Shown here piece by piece: positions 42,434 to 50,652 of a stretch of DNA of 64,000 nt; within the stretch, counting starts at the first letter, position 1, and every line of letters begins with the position of its first letter. Source of the stretch: Gammaproteobacteria bacterium. GTDB lineage: Bacteria > Pseudomonadota > Gammaproteobacteria > CBDBNL01 > JAAOII01. The notes under the pieces are model-generated. The model saw nothing but the letters and a program-made list of their open reading frames with translations, ran no database searches and was not told where the DNA came from. The DNA is taken from the NCBI GenBank assembly GCA_965209035.1, contig OZ242372.1:384001-448000 (forward strand), in the 5' to 3' direction. Position numbers and translations under genes: made by a program.

Positions 42434-43189
42434 ATGAATAACAATGTAAAGAAACCCTCTCAAACATTCAATCCCCAAGAGAACCGAAATACAAGATGGT
42501 GTTCTTGGGTTCCAAACACCAGCGGATCTATCTCTTTTTATACGGTAGGACGCAGTAAATATCCCGCCCCTGTCCTCACCCACTCGGAAAAAATACCATA
42601 TAAAGAAGGTGACCATTCCGAACCAAATAAAGTCCTCTCACATTACTTCACACCGGGGCAGTGCCCTCATCTATTTAAGTTCATTCATAGCAGACTAACG
42701 CAAGATGATATTGAAACACTAAGTCATCAAAACGGAAAACTTGTTTTTTCATGCGTGCACCAAGCACGGGATAACTATGACGGATATATCCCCATACCAA
42801 TCATCTTGTCCCAAACATGGTATAGAAAACTTCAAAGACTCCTTACTCGCCGTTTATACTTGCGAAAGGGCAAGAAAATTGTCCGAGGCATTCCTTATTT
42901 TTTGTTTTACTATGGAACTTATTTGTCTCCGCCCCAAAAAAAGGGTCACAAACCTTACAAAGGCGTTCAACACATCAAAGGAAAAATCATTGCTTTAATT
43001 TCTCCCAATAATCATGCCAATGAAAAAATAATAGAAAAGAGGTTAGATACCATAGATGGCATAAATTCTCTTTATACCGAATTAGAAGAAGCATTGAAAA
43101 AATCAAAAGAAACAATCATTGACAAAACAAAGCCTGTCGACGCCCATCTATATGCCGCTGATTTTGAACTGGCACGTAACGGCATATGA
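42434..43189 (+). CDS. Hypothetical protein (possibly frameshifted into the next ORF)
   Basis: 251-aa AT-rich ORF; no motif recognised. Confidence 0.55.
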   Translation: MNNNVKKPSQTFNPQENRNTRWCSWVPNTSGSISFYTVGRSKYPAPVLTHSEKIPYKEGDHSEPNKVLSHYFTPGQCPHLFKFIHSRLTQDDIETLSHQNGKLVFSCVHQARDNYDGYIPIPIILSQTWYRKLQRLLTRRLYLRKGKKIVRGIPYFLFYYGTYLSPPQKKGHKPYKGVQHIKGKIIALISPNNHANEKIIEKRLDTIDGINSLYTELEEALKKSKETIIDKTKPVDAHLYAADFELARNGI

Positions 43190-43595
43190 AAGCATGCAAG
43201 AGTCTGCCGAGGCATTAATTCAAAAACAGGATTTTCAAAACGAACACAAATTAAATCGAAGAAAGTGGTTTTATGGGATCATTACGGTATTCCTTTTAGT
43301 AACCTTAGATCAATCTGAAACAACAAGTTTTCTAAAAAATTTGTTCAACAACAATTCTTACTTTCTCATATATTACTTTGCCATAATGTTTCTCTTTTGT
43401 GTGGTATGGACATTGATAGGATGGATGTTCGTTTACCAAACCTCTGCAGGTTGGCTGCAAAATGCAGGATTAGAACTATCCAGTTATCCTCTCAAACTAA
43501 TTCCTTGTACTCGTAAAATAATCTTATTATTAATTTCATTGGGCGTTCTAATCTTTTTCAGCTTCTTAACTCTTTATTTGTTCTCTACTTCTTAG
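43119..43595 (+). CDS. Hypothetical multi-TM protein or C-terminal fragment
   Basis: Three hydrophobic segments; overlaps the preceding ORF in the +1 frame. Confidence 0.45.
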   Translation: MTKQSLSTPIYMPLILNWHVTAYESMQESAEALIQKQDFQNEHKLNRRKWFYGIITVFLLVTLDQSETTSFLKNLFNNNSYFLIYYFAIMFLFCVVWTLIGWMFVYQTSAGWLQNAGLELSSYPLKLIPCTRKIILLLISLGVLIFFSFLTLYLFSTS

Positions 43596-43820
43596 AAACC
43601 ATCAAACCGTAAATTATCACAACCGCTGGTTTATTAATCCGGCACCCTACCACAACCGAACTTCAAGTAAGCTGCCAAAAGACATCTCCGTCCGGAAAGC
43701 AAATGCTATGTTGTGGCAGGCGGAGATGCCGATGCGGCTTAGTTGCGGACGAGTACATGATTTTTGACAACATCCGAGTTTAATCGCCAAACCATAAAGA
43801 ATAAAAAAATGATACTTATT

Positions 43821-43992
43821 TGCATAACATCAGCAAGGTTTTGAACCGGGAGTTTGATGGCATGCGTCCCAAATCCCGGAAAATTAAAGTTCTGCCGGCA
43901 GGCATTCAAAAGTCCCCATTACGCCTTTCAACAACTCTCTATATTGGTTTGGATAAAAATACAAAGAGTTAAAAAGTGAGCGGAACTATACA
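43821..43992 (+). mobile_element. Old degenerate MITE-like IS481 derivative (~170 bp)
   Basis: TGCATAACATCAGCAAGGTTTTGAACCGGGAGTTTG resembles the left end; GTCCCCATTACGCCTTTCAACAACTCTC...GGAACTATACA resembles the right end. Confidence 0.7.
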
Positions 43993-44063
43993 ACTGAGAT
44001 CGCATTCGGCTCTTTGATGGTATGATTCCAAGAGATTTTTTTATACAGACACCCAAAGTCCCG

Positions 44064-44157
44064 TGTATCATCGCGTCCGATTTTGGACTCTTTTCGCGAA
44101 CGCGCAATGAACACACAATGCCAAACTCAGAGTCCGGAACCTTTATGAGATCATGCA
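44064..44157 (-). mobile_element. 94-bp MITE-like IS481 derivative
   Basis: Minus strand reads TGCATGATCTCATAAAGGTTCCGGACTCTGAGTTTGG...GAGTCCAAAATCGGACGCGATGATACA. Confidence 0.8.
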
Positions 44158-44299
44158 TCCGATGCTATCGTGCATTTTGTCTTACCGGCTTCGGCATAAA
44201 ATAGGATTAAGATGATAAACAAGCCGAAACAAAGACTGTTCATATTCAACTATTCAACCGGGATCTTGCCGAAAATAGCGCGTTCTTTTACCGAATCCA

Positions 44300-45481
44300 A
44301 TGAAAAACAAAAAAGAATCGCCGGACTTTGATGTTGTGATCGTCGGCGGCGGCCTGGTGGGTGCCTCGCTTGCGCTTGCTCTCGACACAGCCGGCCGCTA
44401 TCGTATCGGCATCATAGAACCCAATCCGCCGCCAAAGTTTGACCCGTCCAAAACGGACCTACGGGTAACCGCCTTGAATAACTTCAGTGTTAATCTCCTA
44501 AAAAAACTTGCGGTCTGGGAGCGGGTACTCGGCATGCGCGCCGCCCCTTTTTGCAAGGTCGTTGCTTGGGAAGAAAGCGTGACTCCGCTGCGGTTTGACG
44601 CCAAAGAGATCGGCATGGCACAACTTGGTTATATGGTAGAAAATACCGTTTTACTCAACGCGCTAACGGACAGTATTAACCAAAGTTCCAAGATCACTGT
44701 GATTCGTCAGGCCGCAAACAATGTCCTGGTAAATGCCCGGGCAAACGAAGAACCCGCTCGGATCACCCTTGCCGACGGCAAGGTCTTGACCGCCCGTTTG
44801 GTAGTCGGGGCGGACGGCTATCGCTCGCTTGTCCGCGGCAAAATGCAAGTCGGCAGCATTGAGCTCCGCCATCCGCAAAAAGCCCTGGTCTTGCATATCA
44901 AGACGCCCTATCCGCAACGGGATACCACCTGGCAAAGATTTACACCAACGGGAGCTCAGGCGTTTCTGCCGATGACGGGCAACAACGCCTCCCTGGTCTG
45001 GTATAACACCCCGGGCTATGCGGATTACTTGGCAACTCTTGAACCGGAAAAATTATGTGAACATCTGGTGCGTGCCTTCCCGGCGAAACTGGGCAAGGTA
45101 AGCGTTCAAAATAGAGTTTCCATTCCGATTGTCAGCCATCACGCACAAAGATATTTCCGGGACAGAGCGGTTCTGATCGGCGATGCGGCCCATTCGGTGC
45201 ATCCTCTGGCGGGACTGGGAGCAAACCTCGGATTACAAGACGTTAGTGTTCTTGCCAAAAAACTAACCGAAGGAGAAGACTTCGGACCAGCCGAGTTGGC
45301 CTCTTACGAACGGGAGAGAAAGCACGCAAATCTGTTGTTTGTGGCAGGATTGGAAGCGATCTATCATACTTTTGACACCGCGTCTCCGCTATTAGGTGCC
45401 TTACGCAGAACCGCTCTGCTGGGCGGCAGGCTGCCGCTTATTAAAAAATTCTTAATGCAATCCGCTCTCGGCGGAAATTAA
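44300..45481 (+). CDS. UbiH/UbiF/VisC-family FAD-dependent ubiquinone hydroxylase
   Basis: GGGLVG, DLRVTAL, VGADG..S.VR and LIGDAAHSVHPLAGLGANLG motifs. Confidence 0.9.
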   Translation: MKNKKESPDFDVVIVGGGLVGASLALALDTAGRYRIGIIEPNPPPKFDPSKTDLRVTALNNFSVNLLKKLAVWERVLGMRAAPFCKVVAWEESVTPLRFDAKEIGMAQLGYMVENTVLLNALTDSINQSSKITVIRQAANNVLVNARANEEPARITLADGKVLTARLVVGADGYRSLVRGKMQVGSIELRHPQKALVLHIKTPYPQRDTTWQRFTPTGAQAFLPMTGNNASLVWYNTPGYADYLATLEPEKLCEHLVRAFPAKLGKVSVQNRVSIPIVSHHAQRYFRDRAVLIGDAAHSVHPLAGLGANLGLQDVSVLAKKLTEGEDFGPAELASYERERKHANLLFVAGLEAIYHTFDTASPLLGALRRTALLGGRLPLIKKFLMQSALGGN

Positions 45482-45593
45482 GCCGCTCAATCATCCGGTG
45501 AACGACGCTCTTGTCAGGACAGTAGATTACATTGCATGCAATGTCAATACATTGCCAATACAACGCAACAGATTAACGAATTAACGGCACATC

Positions 45594-45631
45594 AATTGAG
45601 AATTGAGAATTGAGAATTGAGAATTGAGAAT
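45594..45631. repeat. Perfect heptamer repeat (AATTGAG)x5 abutting the tRNA-Pro 3' end
   Basis: Directly visible in the sequence. Confidence 0.95.
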
Positions 45632-45705
45632 CGGGGTAGAGAGATTCGAACTCCCGACTTCCTGCTCCCAAAGCAGGCGCGCTAACCAAACTGCGCCATA
45701 CCCCG
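45631..45705 (-). tRNA. tRNA-Pro(TGG), no encoded CCA
   Basis: CGGGGTATGGCGCAGTTTGGTTAGCGCGCCTGCTT-TGG-GAGCAGG...GTTCGAATC...TACCCCGA. Confidence 0.96.
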
Positions 45706-45833
45706 CGCTATTTTTAGAATTCTTTTGATTCCGGTTACCCCAAAGACTCGCGTTCTATTGAAACTCGCACTGTGAACGGCATCCGCCTCAGCAGTCCCTA
45801 AAAAAGAGCATCAAACATCAAAAAATCAAGCCG

Positions 45834-45888
45834 GGCGTTTATCGGTATCGTCCGTCCGCCAACACGGGCGGGATACCGAACAAACGCC
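45834..45888 (-). terminator. Long imperfect hairpin immediately downstream of icd
   Basis: ggcgttt.tcggtatc.gtccgt pairs with acgggc.gataccga.aaacgcc. Confidence 0.5.
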
Positions 45889-45893
45889 GCCGG

Positions 45894-47153
45894 TTATTCC
45901 ATATTTTTGACGATCTCTTCGCCAAACTGCGAGCACTTCAGCAGTTCGGCATTCTCCATCAGTCTGTGAAAATCATAGGTAACCCGTTTGGAAGCGATCG
46001 TCTTCTCAATGGAACGAAGGATCAAATCCGCCGCTTCCGGCCAACCGAGATGCCGCAACATCATTTCGCCGGACAAAATAAGAGAACTCGGGTTCACCAT
46101 ATCCTTACCCGCGTACTTGGGGGCGGTGCCGTGTGTGGCTTCAAACATCGCATAGGGCGCGCCAATATTGGCACCGGGGGCAATGCCGATCCCGCCGACC
46201 TGTGCCGCCAACGCATCGGAAATGTAATCACCGTTTAAGTTCATTGTCGCGACCACGCTGATATCACTCGGCCGCAACAAGATTAATTGTAAGAAGGCAT
46301 CCGCAATCGCATCTTTGATGACGATGTCTTTGCCCGTGTCGGGGTTCTTGATCACATGCCAGGGGCCGCCGTCCCAAGGCACGGCACCATAGGCATCGCG
46401 CGCCAGTTCGTATCCCCACTCCTTAAAAGCGCCTTCGGTGAACTTCATAATGTTTCCTTTATGCACCAGAGTAACAGACGGGCAATCGTTGGCAATAGCA
46501 TAATCAATCGCCATCTTCACCAAACGCTTGGTGCCAAATGCCGAGATCGGCTTGATACCAATGCCGATGTCCTTGTCTTGTTTGATCTTGGTGACACCCA
46601 TTTCGTCCCGTAAAAAAGCCAAGAGTTTCGCAACTTCCGGTGTATTCGCTTGCCATTCAACACCCGCATAGATGTCTTCGGAATTTTCGCGAAAGATGCA
46701 GGCATTCAATTTCTGCGGTTCGCGCACCGGGCTGGGCACTCCTTGAAACCAACGCACCGGTCTCTGACAAGTGAACAGATCCAATTGTTGCCGCAACGCC
46801 ACATTCAACGAGCGGATGCCGCCGCCCACGGGAGTTGTCAGAGGACCCTTGATACCAACCAGGTATTCTCTCATCGCTTTCAAGGTCTCAGCCGGAAGCC
46901 ACACTTCCTCTGCGTAAACCTTGTTCGCTTTTTCGCCGGCAAAAATTTCCATCCAAACGATTTTGCGTTCGCCCCGATAGGCCTTTGCTATGGCCGCATC
47001 CAGGACGGCATGCATCGCCGGTGTAATATCCACGCCGATGCCGTCCCCTTCTATGTAAGCGATAATCGGATTCTGCGGAACTCGCAGACTGCCGTCTTCG
47101 GCAACCGTAATTTTTTCTCCTTCGGTAGGAAGGCTTATTTTTTCAAATGACAT
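45894..47153 (-). CDS. icd: NADP-dependent isocitrate dehydrogenase (dimeric)
   Basis: [40 protein letters not shown] and [10 protein letters not shown] motifs. Confidence 0.98.
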   Translation of the reverse strand: MSFEKISLPTEGEKITVAEDGSLRVPQNPIIAYIEGDGIGVDITPAMHAVLDAAIAKAYRGERKIVWMEIFAGEKANKVYAEEVWLPAETLKAMREYLVGIKGPLTTPVGGGIRSLNVALRQQLDLFTCQRPVRWFQGVPSPVREPQKLNACIFRENSEDIYAGVEWQANTPEVAKLLAFLRDEMGVTKIKQDKDIGIGIKPISAFGTKRLVKMAIDYAIANDCPSVTLVHKGNIMKFTEGAFKEWGYELARDAYGAVPWDGGPWHVIKNPDTGKDIVIKDAIADAFLQLILLRPSDISVVATMNLNGDYISDALAAQVGGIGIAPGANIGAPYAMFEATHGTAPKYAGKDMVNPSSLILSGEMMLRHLGWPEAADLILRSIEKTIASKRVTYDFHRLMENAELLKCSQFGEEIVKNME

Positions 47154-47241
47154 AATAGTACCCAATAAATAATTATTAAAACAACTCCGCTCAAAAATGT
47201 GTGCTTGTTTTCACAAGATGCGGATAACATTATTATAAGTA

Positions 47242-48282
47242 TTATTTGGTAAAAATTTTGAACCCTTTGGTCCGTTTTGGACTCTTGAACCGCTCTCGTC
47301 TCCGGGCGGGAGCAATGAACAAACTCCTCACCATCGCGTTGCGTTTCATCACTCGCATCAAAATACTGACAAACAACAGACTAACAAAAAGACGGGCAAA
47401 CAAAATAGCGGAAAGATCCGCACCCAGAACCAACAGCAACAAGGTGTCTTCTATGATGGCATGACAAAGGCTGAGAAAAATGACCGTCCCCGCCAGGTCT
47501 TCCACAGGGTAAGAGTGGCGTTTTGTTTGCGCTATGATGTAGCCGCTGCTATAAGTTAATCCCAGCAGAGTTCCCAGTGCGGTGATGTGTGCCAGTTGAT
47601 TGGAAATCCCCAATAACCGCAAAAACGGCTGCATCAGATACTCAAAAAATGCAATGATCCGCAGCTGCTTCATCACCTCCACCGCAAGAATCAAAATACA
47701 CACCAAGAAACTCAAAATGATCAGCGAGCGCAGATCAAACAACAGCAGCGACCATAAACTCGCCGCGGTCTCGTCCCGATATTGCATCCAAAAGAAAAAA
47801 ACTTCCTTTTGCATCACGGGGAAAAATCTATACGCAAAATGCAAGCACATTCCGAGTGCCATGGCGACCAGCAGCCGGGTCAATACAATGCTAAAAAAAC
47901 GGACACGCATGGCCTGGGTAATGCGCGCTTCCACAGGCAAAGAATGAGCGATAAGAATTACTGTCCCCAAGATACTCATCTGCCCGATCGTCAAGGACCT
48001 GTCCGCCCCAAGTTGTGCCAAGACAGCCAAGGCGGCATACAGGTTGGAAAGAATTGCGGTAACCCACACCAAACTCGTCCATTCCGGCAAGCCCAAGGGT
48101 GCCATCAAAAAAGAAAAGAAGTAATTCAGATACACATCGGCACCCCAAAACTTCAACAACCGCATAATGATGACAGCGGGTAGCATCCATTTCAAGACAC
48201 CATAGCTACCTTGAAAGGCATGCAACAACGCCGCCCGCCAAAACGCCCCGCCAAGCAGCGGCGAAAAAATTGGGTTATTCAA
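47242..48282 (-). CDS. Nucleoside-recognition (Gate) domain membrane protein
   Basis: LIAHSLPVE and LCHAIIEDTLL motifs. The start is uncertain because the ORF-track start overlaps tRNA-Leu. Confidence 0.7.
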   Translation of the reverse strand: MNNPIFSPLLGGAFWRAALLHAFQGSYGVLKWMLPAVIIMRLLKFWGADVYLNYFFSFLMAPLGLPEWTSLVWVTAILSNLYAALAVLAQLGADRSLTIGQMSILGTVILIAHSLPVEARITQAMRVRFFSIVLTRLLVAMALGMCLHFAYRFFPVMQKEVFFFWMQYRDETAASLWSLLLFDLRSLIILSFLVCILILAVEVMKQLRIIAFFEYLMQPFLRLLGISNQLAHITALGTLLGLTYSSGYIIAQTKRHSYPVEDLAGTVIFLSLCHAIIEDTLLLLVLGADLSAILFARLFVSLLFVSILMRVMKRNAMVRSLFIAPARRRERFKSPKRTKGFKIFTK

Positions 48283-48321
48283 AAAGAATGATGTATCCGG
48301 CGGATCATCGGCAAGAAATAA

Positions 48322-48403
48322 TGCCCGGGGCCGGACTTGAACCGGCACACCCGAAGGCGCAAGATTTTAAGTCTTGTGTGTCTACCAATTCCACCACCCG
48401 GGC
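48322..48403 (-). tRNA. tRNA-Leu(TAA), no encoded CCA
   Basis: GCCCGGGTGGTGGAATTGGTAGACAC...CT-TAA-AA...variable arm...GGTTCAAGTCC...CCGGGCA. Confidence 0.96.
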
Positions 48404-48593
48404 ACTGAAAACCATATCAAAATTATATCCTCCGACACGCAAACAAACGGCACACTATCCGATATTCCTCCGGCATTCATCCGATGTTCTTAGCGGACGG
48501 CGGCGTTTTTTTCTTCCGCTTGATCATCACTTGCAATTCTGCTTTAATAAGAACAAAGATACCAACTCCTCGTCACCGCCTCTTTCAATCCAA

Positions 48594-48664
48594 AGGCCAA
48601 GGTCGGAATCGAACCGGCGTCCACGGATTTGCAGTCCGCTGCATAACCACTCTGCCACTTGGCC
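48594..48664 (-). tRNA. tRNA-Cys(GCA), no encoded CCA
   Basis: GGCCAAGTGGCAGAGTGGTTATGC...CT-GCA-AA...GGTTCGATTCC...TTGGCCT. Confidence 0.96.
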
Positions 48665-48734
48665 GTTTATTATTAACTTTTAAACTTTTAAATCACCAAA
48701 TCGCTAATAAACTATTAACAATGTGAGATGCAAA

Positions 48735-48810
48735 TGGAGCGGGAAACGAGATTCGAACTCGCGACCCCAACCTTGGCAAGGTTGTACTCTACCAGCTGAG
48801 CTATTCCCGC
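48735..48810 (-). tRNA. tRNA-Gly(GCC) with CCA
   Basis: GCGGGAATAGCTCAG...TT-GCC-AA...TTCCCGCTCCA; the Gly-Cys-Leu order matches glyW-cysT-leuZ. Confidence 0.97.
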
Positions 48811-48844
48811 ACTTTATTTCTGTTATTATATGTAAAGACATAGT

Positions 48845-49080
48845 CCGCCAAACCAACGCACAGAGTACAATTATCATAAACTGAATTAAGATTAATATGT
48901 CCGAATTAAACACTGTCCTGCCGGGGGATACAATGCGATTGATACACACCATAAAAGATGATTCCGTCGATCTGATCGTTTGTGACGGTCCCTATGGCGT
49001 CACCGACAATGCATGGGATAACACAAAAGAGAGTATCCAATCCTATAACTTGAAGTTAATTAAATTATTTGCCGCCAAAC
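48845..49080 (+). pseudogene. 227-bp tandem duplication of the MTase promoter and 5' end (truncated 66-aa copy at 48897-49097)
   Basis: CCGCCAAAC at 48845, 49072 and 49299; the copies differ by several SNPs. Confidence 0.9.
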
Positions 49081-49123
49081 CAACGCATAGAGTATAATTA
49101 TCATAAACTGAATTAAGATTGAT

Positions 49124-49960
49124 ATGTCCGAATTAAACACTGTCCTGCCGGGGGATGCAATGCGGTTGATACACACCATAAAAGATGATTCCGTCGATCT
49201 GATTGTTTGTGACGGCCCCTATGGCGTCACCGACAATGCATGGGATAACCTCCAAGAGAGCATCCAATCCTATAACCTGAAGTTAATTAAATTATTTGCC
49301 GCCAAACTCAAAAGCGGTGGCTCCTTATATCTTTTTGGCAAAAGCGATTGCATTGATTTCATAGACTATCGTCCGTTTCTTTTTTTAAAAAGAAAAATAG
49401 TATGGTTTCAGCCAAGCAGATTGGCACAAGGAAGGATTAATTACACCAACAACTATGATTTAATCTGCTTTTTTGTTAAAGGCACAAAACCCAAAACCTT
49501 TAACCTGGATGCCATAAGAATTCCGCAAATAACGGAGCTGACGCATCGCAAAAGATGTGAAAATGTGCCATCCGTAACCAACGGGAAATGGGGTAAAACG
49601 AAGTTTAATGACAAGGGAAAGAACCCGGGCGATGTGTGGGGAGATATCAAGCAACTCACTTATAAATCCAAGGAACTTGTAAGCAGACACGCGTTGAATA
49701 CCATTCAAAAACCGGAAGAGTTAATAAAACGATTAATCTTGGCAAGCAGTAACGAGGGGGATCTGGTGCTGGACCCTTTTGCGGGAACCGGCACATGCCC
49801 GGCGATCTGTGTCAGGCACAATCGGAATTTCATTGCTTTTGAATGCGAACCCACTTACTTGGAAGAATGCCATAAACGGATTAAAAAAGAATTTATGATA
49901 AAGCAAAGGAACAAACTAAAAAAAGAAGAAAACTTATTTGATGAAGCATATCTACAATAA
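49124..49960 (+). CDS. Beta-class amino-DNA methyltransferase (N6A/N4C) with a DGPY motif IV
   Basis: VDLIVCDGPY, GKNPGDVW, QKPEEL and DPFAGTGT motifs. Confidence 0.92.
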   Translation: MSELNTVLPGDAMRLIHTIKDDSVDLIVCDGPYGVTDNAWDNLQESIQSYNLKLIKLFAAKLKSGGSLYLFGKSDCIDFIDYRPFLFLKRKIVWFQPSRLAQGRINYTNNYDLICFFVKGTKPKTFNLDAIRIPQITELTHRKRCENVPSVTNGKWGKTKFNDKGKNPGDVWGDIKQLTYKSKELVSRHALNTIQKPEELIKRLILASSNEGDLVLDPFAGTGTCPAICVRHNRNFIAFECEPTYLEECHKRIKKEFMIKQRNKLKKEENLFDEAYLQ

Positions 49961-50432
49961 AATAATAACACTAGTCATAGAGGCACAACAATTAGCCCTT
50001 TCGGCAGGAATTCCAAACATATTACAACCAGGATTAATTAAAGAAATGGTTATCGCAAACATGCTAGGGCATACGTTAATACATTCCAAAAGAGATGCTG
50101 ACGCACATCATCCGGAAAATAACACAATAAAATATGAATACTTGTCATGCTTAGAGGGAGGTACAGGACAATTAGATAGAATGTTTAAATCGCCTTTGGA
50201 TAAGCGGGAATCCTCTTTAAAACGTATAAGGCGGAACGATAAAATTTATTTCGCTATATTTTATAAAAGTAATCCCATAAAAATAAAAATCATTTATGAA
50301 ATAGAACCTCTCAAATTGGAAGAAGAGACCGAGGTGCAATTAGATAAAAGCCGAAATGAGATATCGCATGTAGGGTTTAGCGAAAAATGGGTAAAAAATA
50401 ATGGAATAATTGTGTATGAATCTTCCAAATAA
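49941..50432 (+). CDS. Putative PvuII-like type II restriction endonuclease
   Basis: Size and pattern recall PvuII: EAQQLALSAGIPNILQ, IYFAIF...IIYEIEP, KWVKNNGIIVY. Overlaps the MTase 3' end. Confidence 0.65.
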   Translation: MKHIYNKIITLVIEAQQLALSAGIPNILQPGLIKEMVIANMLGHTLIHSKRDADAHHPENNTIKYEYLSCLEGGTGQLDRMFKSPLDKRESSLKRIRRNDKIYFAIFYKSNPIKIKIIYEIEPLKLEEETEVQLDKSRNEISHVGFSEKWVKNNGIIVYESSK

Positions 50433-50652
50433 CTTTTAGACACCCGAAAAGCAAACAGTAAAATAGGACTTACTTCACATTATTATGCAATTTTGAATAA
50501 ACATTTACTCTATTCTTACATTCAAATAATGCTGCAAAAAGAAAAACTTGTTGCCTGATCGACAACAATATTGTCGTTTCAAATCCTGATCAAGATAGTT
50601 ATACTGAGTATAATTAATAACACTTATTTTATTAAAGGAGAGAAAAGAAGAA

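Noticed and set aside
43681-43730. Hairpin CATCTCCG...CGGAGATG as a riboswitch
   Set aside because: No recognisable aptamer consensus and no clear downstream gene.
45594-45631. CRISPR array (here and at the other short repeats)
   Set aside because: Units are 7-15 nt with no unique spacers, and there are no cas genes.
48270-48952. ORFs overlapping the tRNA cluster
   Set aside because: Translations of tRNA sequence.
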